A DNA stretch of 39,941 nucleotides from Candidatus Woesearchaeota archaeon CG10_big_fil_rev_8_21_14_0_10_32_9 (GTDB lineage Archaea > Nanobdellota > Nanobdellia > Woesearchaeales > 21-14-0-10-32-9), in contig PCYF01000029.1 of the NCBI GenBank assembly GCA_002762915.1, positions 1 to 39,941 of the forward strand, written 5' to 3'. The notes beneath the pieces are model-generated. The model did not search any database. It had not been told where the DNA came from and saw only the letters and a list, made by a program, of their open reading frames with translations. Position 1 is the stretch's first letter. Every line of letters begins with the position of its first letter. The position numbers and the translations under genes are program-made. Below are positions 18,293 to 27,319 of the stretch, in pieces.

Positions 18293-18910
18293 TTATTTCT
18301 TAGGTTTCTTTTTACTTTTCGCAAAATCAAATGCCGACAAAAGAATAAGTAAAAGAAGTCCTCCTAGAAATATCCATAATGCCACATAAGGTTGATGCGT
18401 AACTATTTCTGGGGCTGCGTTTGCAGTTTGTGCTACTGCAGAAGGCCCAGTAAGTTTAGCTTCATATGTTATAACATCAAAAGCTCCGTTCATACTTGTA
18501 GACAAAAAACTTCTAGAAATATACTCATAAATAGCAACTAAACCAGAAAATGCTGTAAAAATAATTGCTACTGGTAAAAAAGATTTAAGTCTGTCTAAAA
18601 CAGACTCATCTTCTTCTTGAGAAATGATTATAAATTTGTTAGCAAGTTTATAGTGAATAACCTCTTTACCTTTTTCAGAGTAATGATACTCATCGCGACT
18701 AACTAATTTACTGTCTGCAAGCTGTTGAATGTTGTAATGAACTGTACTCAAAGGAAGATTAAGATTTTTAGAAATTTCAGTCTCAGTGGCACCGTCTTTT
18801 TTAGATAAATGATCAAGAATCTTTCTACAAGTATCGTTGCTTAGAACTTTAGTTAAATTCTTAGATTTATTATCTTTTAGAGAAACTAATACAAACGATT
18901 TATCAGACAT
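18293..18910 (-). CDS. ArsR-like winged-HTH regulator with two C-terminal TM helices
   Basis: LSNDTCRKILDHL...TETEISKNLNLPLSTVHYNIQQL; ATG 18910 lies ~22 nt below a minus-strand TTTATATA, consistent with a leaderless mRNA. Confidence 0.8.
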   Translation of the reverse strand: MSDKSFVLVSLKDNKSKNLTKVLSNDTCRKILDHLSKKDGATETEISKNLNLPLSTVHYNIQQLADSKLVSRDEYHYSEKGKEVIHYKLANKFIIISQEEDESVLDRLKSFLPVAIIFTAFSGLVAIYEYISRSFLSTSMNGAFDVITYEAKLTGPSAVAQTANAAPEIVTHQPYVALWIFLGGLLLLILLSAFDFAKSKKKPKK

Positions 18911-19066
18911 GCACTCTGAAAATAACAAGAAATATATAAATATTCACAAGACTTTAATACAAATAGAAGTTATGCTTTTTTATTGATTATTCATAGAGAA
19001 GTTATAGAGAATTATTCAAAAGATTTAAAATCTACCCAACAAATCTTATAAGGGGAGTAAACAAGA

Positions 19067-20140
19067 ATGCAAAACTACAAAAAATATCTGGTGTTGATTT
19101 TAATGCTTGTAATACTTCTAAATCTAACTATTATTTCTTATGTTCGTGCAGAAACTACTGATTCTGATCAAGATGGAGTCACAGATAGTCAAGATTCCTG
19201 TCTGAACACGCCTGTTGGAGAAATACTTCCTCTTTCAACAACAAATCCAGAATACATAGGATGTTCTTGTACTCAAATAATTACAAAACTCGGAAATGAA
19301 CAATGCTTTGATATATATTGTGTGGAAGGAAAACCTTTATCAGTTAGCGAAAGAATATATTCCAAAGACAAAATATCTTGTACGCAAGATTATTGTATAG
19401 ATTCGTTATTATATGATTTTCCAGATCCTCAAAATGCTCTTTGCAGAGATGGATTTCCTCAGGAAATACCTTGCGAACCAACAATGAGAAGAAACTCCGC
19501 AGCTTGTGTTTCTGGAGAAATTCCTCAATATGATGATGTTCAAAGACTAAAAGAAGAACAACAGAAAAGTGAACAAACGCAGCAACCAGAAATTAAACAA
19601 ACTGAACTTAAAGATGAAGTGTATTCAATTCTGTTGGAAAATTTGAAACTAAAAACTTCTCTTGGAATAATAAACAGAGAAGATTATCAAAATAAAATAA
19701 TTTCAAATGATATTATTACTAAGCAACAAAAAATAACAGTTATAAGCATTAGTAATTCTTCAAATGCAAGCATAACCGAGAACGCAATAAAAATTAAACC
19801 AAGGCAAGGAACGACACTAAAAGATGTAATAGTTTTAGAAAGACTAAACTTGCAAAATGGTTTGACAAAAGAAGACTTCATATTTCAAGAAAAACCAGAA
19901 ACACTATCTTCAGATCCATGGATAGTTTATTGGAAAATAGATGAAATAAACTCAGAAAAAATAATTAATTATAGAATAAGAGAACAAACACAATTTGAGC
20001 CTGATTTGTTGCTTTTAGCTCAAGTAAAAACTCCTAGTGTTTTCTGGCAAATAATACCAATTGTTCTAATAGTATTTGTAGTAATCTTGATGTACGTTTG
20101 GTTCAAAAGAAACCTCACTCAAAGAAAGATATTCAAATAA
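19067..20140 (+). CDS. Secreted Cys-rich surface protein with TSP3 repeat and C-terminal TM anchor
   Basis: Signal peptide ending VRA|E; DSDQDGVTDSQDSC; C-terminal IIPIVLIVFVVILMYVWF followed by basic tail. Confidence 0.75.
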   Translation: MQNYKKYLVLILMLVILLNLTIISYVRAETTDSDQDGVTDSQDSCLNTPVGEILPLSTTNPEYIGCSCTQIITKLGNEQCFDIYCVEGKPLSVSERIYSKDKISCTQDYCIDSLLYDFPDPQNALCRDGFPQEIPCEPTMRRNSAACVSGEIPQYDDVQRLKEEQQKSEQTQQPEIKQTELKDEVYSILLENLKLKTSLGIINREDYQNKIISNDIITKQQKITVISISNSSNASITENAIKIKPRQGTTLKDVIVLERLNLQNGLTKEDFIFQEKPETLSSDPWIVYWKIDEINSEKIINYRIREQTQFEPDLLLLAQVKTPSVFWQIIPIVLIVFVVILMYVWFKRNLTQRKIFK

Positions 20141-20176
20141 TAAACTATTTAAATTAGGTCTTTTGTAGCTTCTATA

Positions 20177-21787
20177 ATGATTGTTAAGAAGGGTCAGGCT
20201 GCGTTGGAGTTTCTTACGACGTATGGTTGGGCGTTTCTTGTGGTTCTTGTTATGATTGGTGCTTTATCCTCTTTCGGTGTTTTCGGAAATGTCGGTGTTG
20301 ATAAATGTGTTTCTGAACAAGGCTTTACTTGCGAATCTTCTTTGATTACTGATACAACTCAGAAATTTAAGTTTAAGAATACTTTAGGAGAGGATGTTAG
20401 TATTTCTAATGCTACAATGATTGTTAAATCTACTGGAGAAGTCGTTGATTGTAATGTTCCTTCAGAAAGTATTAATGATGGAAATAGTTTCGAAATTAGT
20501 TGTGAAGGAGATGGTCTTAGTATAGGTAAGCGTGAAAACCTAGATGTTAGATTTAATTATTATCCTGCTACAAGTAGTGCTCAGTATTCAAAGTCTGTTT
20601 ATGCTGATATTAGTGATAGTGTTGAAAGTTTAGAAGAGTTTGAGAATGTAGGAGGAGTCTCTGATCTTGGAGGTAGTGGTGAAAGTGCGGGTTCTCAGTC
20701 GGTTTTGGTTTTTGATACGCAGTATGGATCAAGTGTTGATCTAAGCTTAACTGGTAGTGGCGAGTTAGTTGTTGATTGGGGTGATGGTTCTACAAGTAAC
20801 AGAAGCGGTTCCGGCACTTTAAGTCACATTTATTCAGAAGTACAACAATATGTTGTTACAATAAATGGAGACTTATCAGATATGGGCTTCAGAATAACAA
20901 GTGATATTAGTTCGTTGGTTGAGATAAGAGACTGGCCTAGAACTATAACTGATATGTCAAGTATGTTTGTAGCAGGTTCATTTAATTATGCAGACAATCT
21001 TGTAAGTGTTCCAAATTATCTGCCACCAAATGTAACAACCTTAAAAAGAATGTTTTTCGGCGCATCCACGTTTAATCAAGATTTATCAGCCTGGAATACA
21101 AACAAGGTAACAGATATGACTCTCATGTTTTACGATGCTTCTAATTTCAATGGCGATGTTTCTACGTGGGATACAAGTAATGTGAATACTATAGAAGAAA
21201 TGTTTAGATTTGCTTCTAGTTTTAATCAGGATATTTCTAGTTGGAATGTTGGAAATGTAACAAATATGAAAGCAGTATTTCAAGGAGCGTCTAGTTTTAA
21301 TCAGGATATTAGTTCTTGGGATACAAGTAAAGTAACAAATTTTGCAAGTATGTTCGCAGGAACTAGCTTTAATCAAAATATAGGATCATGGAATATAGGT
21401 AGCGCTACATCTATAGGTGCTATGTTTACAGGTAATTCTGTTTTCAATCAAGATATTTCTAATTGGAACACGGAAAATGTGACAATAATGTACTACTTGT
21501 TTGATGGTGCTTCTAGTTTTAATCAGGATATTAGTTCTTGGGATACAAGTAAAGTAACAACACTTTCAGAAATGTTCGATGGTGCTTCTAGTTTTAATCA
21601 GGATATTTCTAGTTGGAATGTTGGAAATGTAACAAATATGGGTGCCATGTTTAGATCAGCGTCTACTTTTAATCAAGACTTGTCCAATTGGTGTGTAATA
21701 AAAATATCAAGCAAACCTAACTATTTTGATACAAGTGCATCTTCATGGACGCTAAGCAGACCAATATGGGGAACATGTTCATCATAA
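20177..21787 (+). CDS. Type IV pilin-like protein with DUF285/BspA-like ~25-aa surface repeats
   Basis: KKG|QAALEFLTTYGWAFLVVLVMIGAL (canonical, E at +5); VDWGDG PKD-like element; repeated MFxxASSFNQDISSWDTSKVT. Confidence 0.9.
   Translation: MIVKKGQAALEFLTTYGWAFLVVLVMIGALSSFGVFGNVGVDKCVSEQGFTCESSLITDTTQKFKFKNTLGEDVSISNATMIVKSTGEVVDCNVPSESINDGNSFEISCEGDGLSIGKRENLDVRFNYYPATSSAQYSKSVYADISDSVESLEEFENVGGVSDLGGSGESAGSQSVLVFDTQYGSSVDLSLTGSGELVVDWGDGSTSNRSGSGTLSHIYSEVQQYVVTINGDLSDMGFRITSDISSLVEIRDWPRTITDMSSMFVAGSFNYADNLVSVPNYLPPNVTTLKRMFFGASTFNQDLSAWNTNKVTDMTLMFYDASNFNGDVSTWDTSNVNTIEEMFRFASSFNQDISSWNVGNVTNMKAVFQGASSFNQDISSWDTSKVTNFASMFAGTSFNQNIGSWNIGSATSIGAMFTGNSVFNQDISNWNTENVTIMYYLFDGASSFNQDISSWDTSKVTTLSEMFDGASSFNQDISSWNVGNVTNMGAMFRSASTFNQDLSNWCVIKISSKPNYFDTSASSWTLSRPIWGTCSS
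21040..21695 (+). repeat. Tandem ~75-nt coding repeats (DUF285-like), about nine units
   Basis: Exact duplicates: 58 nt at 21211-21268 and 21583-21640; 49 nt at 21290-21338 and 21512-21560. Confidence 0.85.
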
Positions 21788-21846
21788 GTAATGTATCTGA
21801 ACTTTTTTAGATAAACAATATAAACACAAAAACAATTCTAACTCTC

Positions 21847-22148
21847 GTAGAGCAGGGAATGACTATCCATAACAGGAGGAAAGTCCGCCCACTACGGTAA
21901 TCACTTGTGTTATGCAAGGTTCAGAAATGGACGGCAACCACTCAGAAAAGAGACCCCCTATATCCGGAATGATAGGCAGAACGTTCGGGTGACCGAATAA
22001 ACTAACTCCTTGACTATGTTTATAGGAATGGATGAAACTGTGAGTCCTGATTTGTGCAACTCCATTTGGAGGCTTAGTAGAATGTCATAATCGGCCCATC
22101 CGACTGAAAAGTTTGGGGCTGACAGAAGGCGGCTTACACCTGCTCTAC
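21847..22148 (+). ncRNA. rnpB: RNase P RNA
   Basis: Terminal helix GTAGAGCAGG/CCTGCTCTAC; conserved GAGGAAAGTCC (21876) and ACAGAAGGCGGCTTA (22122) forming P4; GC-enriched ORF-free island; upstream TATA-like box and downstream T7 tract. Confidence 0.93.
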
Positions 22149-22150
22149 CA

Positions 22151-22157
22151 TTTTTTT
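22151..22157 (+). terminator. Oligo-T terminator of rnpB
   Basis: TTTTTTT begins 3 nt after the P1 3' strand. Confidence 0.6.
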
Positions 22158-22216
22158 CTATAAAAAAGCTACTGTTTTCCGACTGCAGTGAACAGAATTC
22201 TGATTAATCTCGTGTA

Positions 22217-22516
22217 TTAGTTTTTTGATTTACAGTAAGAAACAGTGCCACCACATCCAAATCCGCAAGTATATTCCTCACGAGCAATATAGCAATAATT
22301 AGAATGTTGTAAACAACCAGAACTATCACAGGAACCACAAGAATCAGGACCACATTTAGCGGGGTTCACATTATTTCTTGCTTCAATAACCCAATCAGGT
22401 TCATAAACACGATCAGAAGGAGGAATAAAGGTTTTAACAAATAAAAGCACAACTGCAAATACCACAAGAATGCTGGAAAGCATAATAATCATTTTAGTTA
22501 AATTGAACTCAGTCAT
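22217..22516 (-). CDS. Small membrane-anchored Cys-rich protein
   Basis: N-terminal TM; eight Cys in the last ~45 aa; minus-strand TTTATATA about 25 nt upstream. Confidence 0.7.
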   Translation of the reverse strand: MTEFNLTKMIIMLSSILVVFAVVLLFVKTFIPPSDRVYEPDWVIEARNNVNPAKCGPDSCGSCDSSGCLQHSNYCYIAREEYTCGFGCGGTVSYCKSKN

Positions 22517-22598
22517 AGAAATTTTGTGTTAAAATTTAATATATAAATTTTTTCAAAGTTTAGAAAACTTTTTATACTATAACTGGGGAGTTAGGGTT

Positions 22599-24089
22599 GT
22601 GAATAAAAGAGGACAAGGCGCATTAGAGTTTCTAACCACATATGGTTGGGCGTTTCTCATTGTGCTTGTTATGATTGGAGCTTTGTCCAGTTTTGGAGTG
22701 TTTGGAAATGCAGGTGTAGATAAATGCATTTCCGGCCAGGGATTTACTTGTGATGGATCTATGATTACAGATCAAACACAGAAATTTAAGTTTAAGAACA
22801 CTTTAGGAGAAGATGTTTTTATTACAAATGCTACTGCAACAATTAGGTCTACTGGTGAGCAGGTTAATTGTAGTGTTTCTGGAGGAAGCGTGTTCGAGGG
22901 AGATAGTTTTGAGGTGGTTTGTGGAGGAGAATTAAGCTCCGGTAAACGTGAAAATGTAGATGTTCAATTTAATTATTACTCTGCAGAAAGCACTGTAGCA
23001 TATGCTAAACCTTCTTACGTAGAAGTAAGTGGTAAAGTAGAAAACTATCAAAATGTTGTGGATTCAGGTCAGCAAACAAGTCAAACCTCGCAAGAATGTG
23101 CAACATTAAGTGTTCCAAACACAAGATACGAATTAAGTTCGGATCTTCACACTACTGGAAATTGTTTTACTATAACTGCGGATGATGTAACTTTAGATTG
23201 TGCAGGACATACAATAACTGGAAGTATAACTTTAGATTATTTTTATAATAGACTAAGTGATGCAATCACTATTCAAGGTGCGGATAGAGCAACTATTACT
23301 AACTGCATGTTACAGAACTTTTCTCAAGGAGTATATGTTATAGATTCATTAGATTCAATAATTACAAATAATCAGATAAAGGATTCTTTTCATGGAGTTC
23401 ACACGTTGAACGGTGAAAGAATAATTGTTAAGGAAAATGTGTTCTATAATGTAACCAAATATAATATTATATTTGAACTAGGTCAAGAGCACAAAGCATA
23501 TTCAAATAGTTTTGATGCGCCTGTTCTTCAAGGAAATTCTAGAGGTGTGGCCTTGACATCTACTAATACTGAAGTTTATAATAATGACATAAATAAAATG
23601 GGTTATGCGCTCTGGACATGTTGCGGCCTTGCCCAAAATGATTATTTTCATGATAATAATATAGTTTCTACAACATTTGGAATACTTGCCGCTGGAGGAA
23701 TCAATAACAGATTTGAAAATAACAACATACAAGATGCAAAGTATGGATTATATGTGTGGGACATGGATGATAGCAATTTTACCAATAATAATCTGCAAAT
23801 AAAGTCAGGCACAACATATGGAATATATTTCAGACCAGATGCTAATCAAAATGATAATAGATTTACAAATACTGTAATTACAGGAACACCAAAATACGGG
23901 GTTTACATAAATCAGAATCCTAATATGGGTGTTTTCTCTAAAAACAATTTATTCCTAGGAACATCAGTAACTGGTGCAACAACATACAAAGAATACATAA
24001 AACAATATGACGTTTCTCAGAGTGCATGGTACACAATAAGTTCGAACGAATTCGTGAACGACGTTGTGTATAATAATACCTTTCAATAA
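22599..24089 (+). CDS. Type IV pilin-like protein with right-handed beta-helix (NosD/CASH, pectin lyase-like) head
   Basis: KRG|QGALEFLTTYGWAFL; CFTITADDVTLDCAGHTITG and repeated G-[IV]-x...N-x-I-x-N-N-x-I units; GTG start. Confidence 0.88.
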   Translation: MNKRGQGALEFLTTYGWAFLIVLVMIGALSSFGVFGNAGVDKCISGQGFTCDGSMITDQTQKFKFKNTLGEDVFITNATATIRSTGEQVNCSVSGGSVFEGDSFEVVCGGELSSGKRENVDVQFNYYSAESTVAYAKPSYVEVSGKVENYQNVVDSGQQTSQTSQECATLSVPNTRYELSSDLHTTGNCFTITADDVTLDCAGHTITGSITLDYFYNRLSDAITIQGADRATITNCMLQNFSQGVYVIDSLDSIITNNQIKDSFHGVHTLNGERIIVKENVFYNVTKYNIIFELGQEHKAYSNSFDAPVLQGNSRGVALTSTNTEVYNNDINKMGYALWTCCGLAQNDYFHDNNIVSTTFGILAAGGINNRFENNNIQDAKYGLYVWDMDDSNFTNNNLQIKSGTTYGIYFRPDANQNDNRFTNTVITGTPKYGVYINQNPNMGVFSKNNLFLGTSVTGATTYKEYIKQYDVSQSAWYTISSNEFVNDVVYNNTFQ

Positions 24090-24166
24090 ATAAAGTAGTA
24101 AATAAGATTGTTTGCGCATCTAATAATTTCAAAACATATATAAAAAGAACAATCTTTCTTTAACAA

Positions 24167-24322
24167 ATGGCAAAAGACAATAGAATAAATTTACCATCTT
24201 CTGGAGCAGGAATAACAAGGTATTTCGATAGCGAAAAATCAAAAATAATGATTCCTCCGCAGATAGCAATATTTGCAATTTTAGCGATGGTAGTAGTAAT
24301 TCTGCTTTTAACAGGTGTTTAA
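24167..24322 (+). CDS. secG: Preprotein translocase subunit Sec61-beta (missing from ORF track)
   Basis: MAKDNRINLPSSGAGITRYFDSEKSKIMIPPQIAIFAILAMVVVILLLTGV*; the SGAGITRYF motif plus one TM is characteristic. Confidence 0.9.
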   Translation: MAKDNRINLPSSGAGITRYFDSEKSKIMIPPQIAIFAILAMVVVILLLTGV

Positions 24323-24346
24323 ACAAAAGTACTAGAGGTGTAAACT

Positions 24347-24688
24347 TTGTTCCCAGGTATTAATCCAAAACAGATGAAACAAGCAATGAAACAGCTTGGA
24401 ATAAAACAAGAAGATTTAGATGTAAAAGAAGTTATAATAAAACTTCAAGATCGAGAACTAGTTTTTTCTGAACCATCCGTACAAAAAGTAAACATGCAAG
24501 GACAGGTAACTTTTCAACTGGCGGGAGAATTTGAAGAAAGAAGTCTAGGTTCTACTCCTGAAATAACAACAGAAGATATAGAGACGGTTGTCGCTCAAGT
24601 TGGTTGTACTAAGGAAGAAGCAGAAGAAGCACTAGATTCTACTGATGGAAATCTTGCAGAAGCAATACTTTTGTTAAAAAAAGATTGA
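24347..24688 (+). CDS. nac: Nascent polypeptide-associated complex protein
   Basis: NPKQMKQAMKQLGI...EVII; C-terminal UBA-like EDIETVVAQ...GNLAEAI; SD GAGGTG, TTG start. Confidence 0.93.
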   Translation: MFPGINPKQMKQAMKQLGIKQEDLDVKEVIIKLQDRELVFSEPSVQKVNMQGQVTFQLAGEFEERSLGSTPEITTEDIETVVAQVGCTKEEAEEALDSTDGNLAEAILLLKKD

Positions 24689-24769
24689 ATAATTTTGTAT
24701 TATGCAAATTATTTTAGTTGTGAATTTTTATAGGTAGATTTATATATTTCTTTTCCATATCTATTTTGG

Positions 24770-25255
24770 ATGGAACAGTATCAAGAACTAAGAGAAAAAG
24801 CACGAAGGAACGTTCAAGTTGCGGATCACATGTTAACAATGAGTTATCCGATGCTTAAAGATCCGAAAATTCTTGTTTCGGTCGCAACAAATTTATTGCA
24901 AGCTTCTGAAAATGCAATCACCGCAATATTAGAATACGAAAGACTTTTCAAAAGAATTCCCGCTTATCATGATACATTTCAAGGAAAAATAGATGTGTTT
25001 AGAGACAAAGTCATGAAGTCGTACGGTTTTGATTCAAAAGGACTAAGACTTGCGACAGATTTGAAAGAAATAATTGGGGCACACAAAGAAAGTCCGGTAG
25101 AATTCGCGAGAAAAGATAAATTTGTAATCGCAAGTGATAATTATGAAATTAGAACATTATCTGTTTCTGATTTAAAAAAATACATTGAAGAAACTAAAAC
25201 ATTTATCGATCAAATATATAGGGTGACTCAAAAAAATGATGGAATCTTTAGATGA
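24770..25255 (+). CDS. Hypothetical helical protein (possible HEPN-like fold)
   Basis: Clean ORF with upstream TATA; all-alpha pattern. Confidence 0.6.
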   Translation: MEQYQELREKARRNVQVADHMLTMSYPMLKDPKILVSVATNLLQASENAITAILEYERLFKRIPAYHDTFQGKIDVFRDKVMKSYGFDSKGLRLATDLKEIIGAHKESPVEFARKDKFVIASDNYEIRTLSVSDLKKYIEETKTFIDQIYRVTQKNDGIFR

Positions 25256-25697
25256 TGCAAAAGAAGAGCTTAAGCGAGTAGATCATTTAATTTATGTGAG
25301 CTTAAAGTATACCAGAACAATTGATGTATTTTTAAACGCGATAAACAGAATGATTGATGCATATGATGCAATGTTCACAGCGTTGCTAAAACAAGCTGTG
25401 GAAAATAAAAAATTAGAAGAAGTTCCAAAATCTCCGATAGAAAGAGGCAATCAATTAAAAGAATTATATGCTGAGGATCAACAAGTAATAGACAACGTGG
25501 AACTATTTTTTTTACTACGAAAATTACATAGGGCATCAGGTCAAACCAGGGAACAAGAATACAGAAGACACGTAACTATGCGAACTATAATTGACGGAAA
25601 AGAAGAAATAGTCAACATAGATATAATGACGAGTTATTACCACTTCCAAATGGAATTCTTCAAAAAAGTAAAGAAAATAATCCTCGGAGAAGAATAA
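25236..25697 (+). CDS. Hypothetical helical protein, probable distant paralogue of the upstream gene
   Basis: AKEELKRVDHLIYVSLKY vs ARRNVQVADHMLTMSYP; overlapping genes. Confidence 0.6.
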   Translation: MMESLDDAKEELKRVDHLIYVSLKYTRTIDVFLNAINRMIDAYDAMFTALLKQAVENKKLEEVPKSPIERGNQLKELYAEDQQVIDNVELFFLLRKLHRASGQTREQEYRRHVTMRTIIDGKEEIVNIDIMTSYYHFQMEFFKKVKKIILGEE

Positions 25698-25760
25698 TTT
25701 TAAATACTAATAAACAAAAAATTAGTTTAATTAAATAATTAGTGAGTGATTTAGCATAAA

Positions 25761-26471
25761 ATGACCAAATTTATAACGATTTTAAGCGGAAAAGGCGGTG
25801 TTGGAAAAACAACTACTGCAATAAATCTAGGATTAGCGTTACATCAACTAGGCGTAGATGTTGTGGTTATGGATGGAAATTTAAGCTCGCCTAATTTGTC
25901 TGTTCATTTGGGAACATCTCGGTTTCCAATAACAATACACGATGTTATGTGTAGAAATGAACCAGTACAAAAAGCAATTTATATTCATCCAGAAACAGGA
26001 TTAAAAATAATTCCTGCAGATCTAGCAATATCAAGTATGAAATTAATAGACTTCGACTTATTAAAGAGAAACGTACAAGATTTACATTTAATGTCTGATT
26101 ACGTTATAGTTGATGGATCTCCTGGTTTGGGAAGAGAGACAGAAAAACTAATGAACTTGTCTGACGAAGTAATTGTTGTAACAAATCCAGATAGAGCTTC
26201 AATAATGGACGCAAAAAGATTAATAGAATTCACGAAATATTTTAACAAAACAATAGCAGGATTACTCGTTTCTAAGTTTGAAAAGAAAGACCACAAATTA
26301 TCTATTGAAGAGATAGAAAAATACCTTAATATGCCGGTTACTACTATAATTCCACAAGATGAAAGATTTGAAAAATCAGTACATGAAAAGAAACCATATT
26401 TACACATGTATCCAAATAGACAAGCCGCGAAGAATTATTTAGATATGGCTAGAAAAATAGCAAATAAATAA
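25761..26471 (+). CDS. minD: MinD/ParA-family ATPase
   Basis: Deviant Walker A SGKGGVGKTT, VVVMDGN, VIVDGSPG. Confidence 0.85.
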   Translation: MTKFITILSGKGGVGKTTTAINLGLALHQLGVDVVVMDGNLSSPNLSVHLGTSRFPITIHDVMCRNEPVQKAIYIHPETGLKIIPADLAISSMKLIDFDLLKRNVQDLHLMSDYVIVDGSPGLGRETEKLMNLSDEVIVVTNPDRASIMDAKRLIEFTKYFNKTIAGLLVSKFEKKDHKLSIEEIEKYLNMPVTTIIPQDERFEKSVHEKKPYLHMYPNRQAAKNYLDMARKIANK

Positions 26472-26511
26472 TAATAATTGTATCATAAGGATTACTCAGG
26501 AGAACTAAACA

Positions 26512-26784
26512 GTGGATATAGGAAATTATGTTGACAAATACTTTATACTTGTTCCAGAAGAAAAAATTCTTAGCGAATTGCCAAAATTAAACCATAACTC
26601 TGCTAATCAAAGTTATGACGTTCTTCTGAATTTAGCTAAAGTTGAACAAATAACTACAAGTAGTCTTATACAAATTATGAAATATAAAGAGCAAGGAAAA
26701 GTGTTTGTTTTTAATGTTAATGCAGCAATTCATGCCAAACTAGAACTAACAAGAATGTATCGTTTATTAGATTATGTACAATAG
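26512..26784 (+). CDS. STAS-domain-like protein
   Basis: VLLNLAKVEQITTSSL...VFVFNVNAAIHAKLELTRMYRLL resembles the STAS consensus (LDLSxVxFIDSSGL...VxxVLELTGL); GTG start, SD AGGAG. Confidence 0.6.
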   Translation: MDIGNYVDKYFILVPEEKILSELPKLNHNSANQSYDVLLNLAKVEQITTSSLIQIMKYKEQGKVFVFNVNAAIHAKLELTRMYRLLDYVQ

Positions 26785-26847
26785 TTATTAAAAAGACGAT
26801 TAGCTTTGTTAGATAAATTTTATAAGTCTGATTAATGTTTCTTAAGT

Positions 26848-27252
26848 ATGATAATAAAAAATCCTAGACCTGGAAGTGCAGTAATAGTAGTTCATGAAGG
26901 AAAAATTCTTCTTGGAAAAAGAAATAAAGTAAATGCTAATAACAAATGGGTGCTGCCCGGGGGAGGAATAGATTGGGGAGAAACCTCAAAAGATGCAGCA
27001 AAACGAGAAGCTCTTGAAGAAACAGGTTTAGAAGTAGAACTAGAAAAACTAGTATGTATTAAAGAAATTATAGCTATACATGCAGATTATCACGCAATAG
27101 TCTTCTTTTACCTTGCAAAACCCAAAAACACAGATATAACTGTAAGCGATGATCTCTCAGAAGCTAAATTCTTCACAATAGACGAAATAAAGGCTTTAGA
27201 CTGTGTTACGAGCGTGGAAGAGGTTCTAAAAGAGGCAAAACTCTGGTCTTAA
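26848..27252 (+). CDS. NUDIX hydrolase
   Basis: Nudix box GGGIDWGETSKDAAKREALEETGL. Confidence 0.93.
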   Translation: MIIKNPRPGSAVIVVHEGKILLGKRNKVNANNKWVLPGGGIDWGETSKDAAKREALEETGLEVELEKLVCIKEIIAIHADYHAIVFFYLAKPKNTDITVSDDLSEAKFFTIDEIKALDCVTSVEEVLKEAKLWS

Positions 27253-27319
27253 ACAAAAGGTTTATATAGTAATAATGCCTTTTTTTTAACATTAATAACT
27301 ATGTGAAGGTGGTGTTTAA

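Noticed and set aside
21040-21695. CRISPR array or DGR template/variable repeat
   Set aside because: Repeats are in-frame coding units without unique spacers; duplicates are identical rather than adenine-mutated; no reverse transcriptase or cas gene is present.
22172-22195. Small inverted repeat (CTGTT...ACTGCAGT...AACAG) between rnpB and the convergent Cys-rich gene
   Set aside because: Short, imperfect and seen once; cannot be distinguished from chance or a simple terminator hairpin.
24129-24326. 65-aa minus-strand ORF
   Set aside because: Shadow of the recognisable Sec61-beta gene on the + strand.
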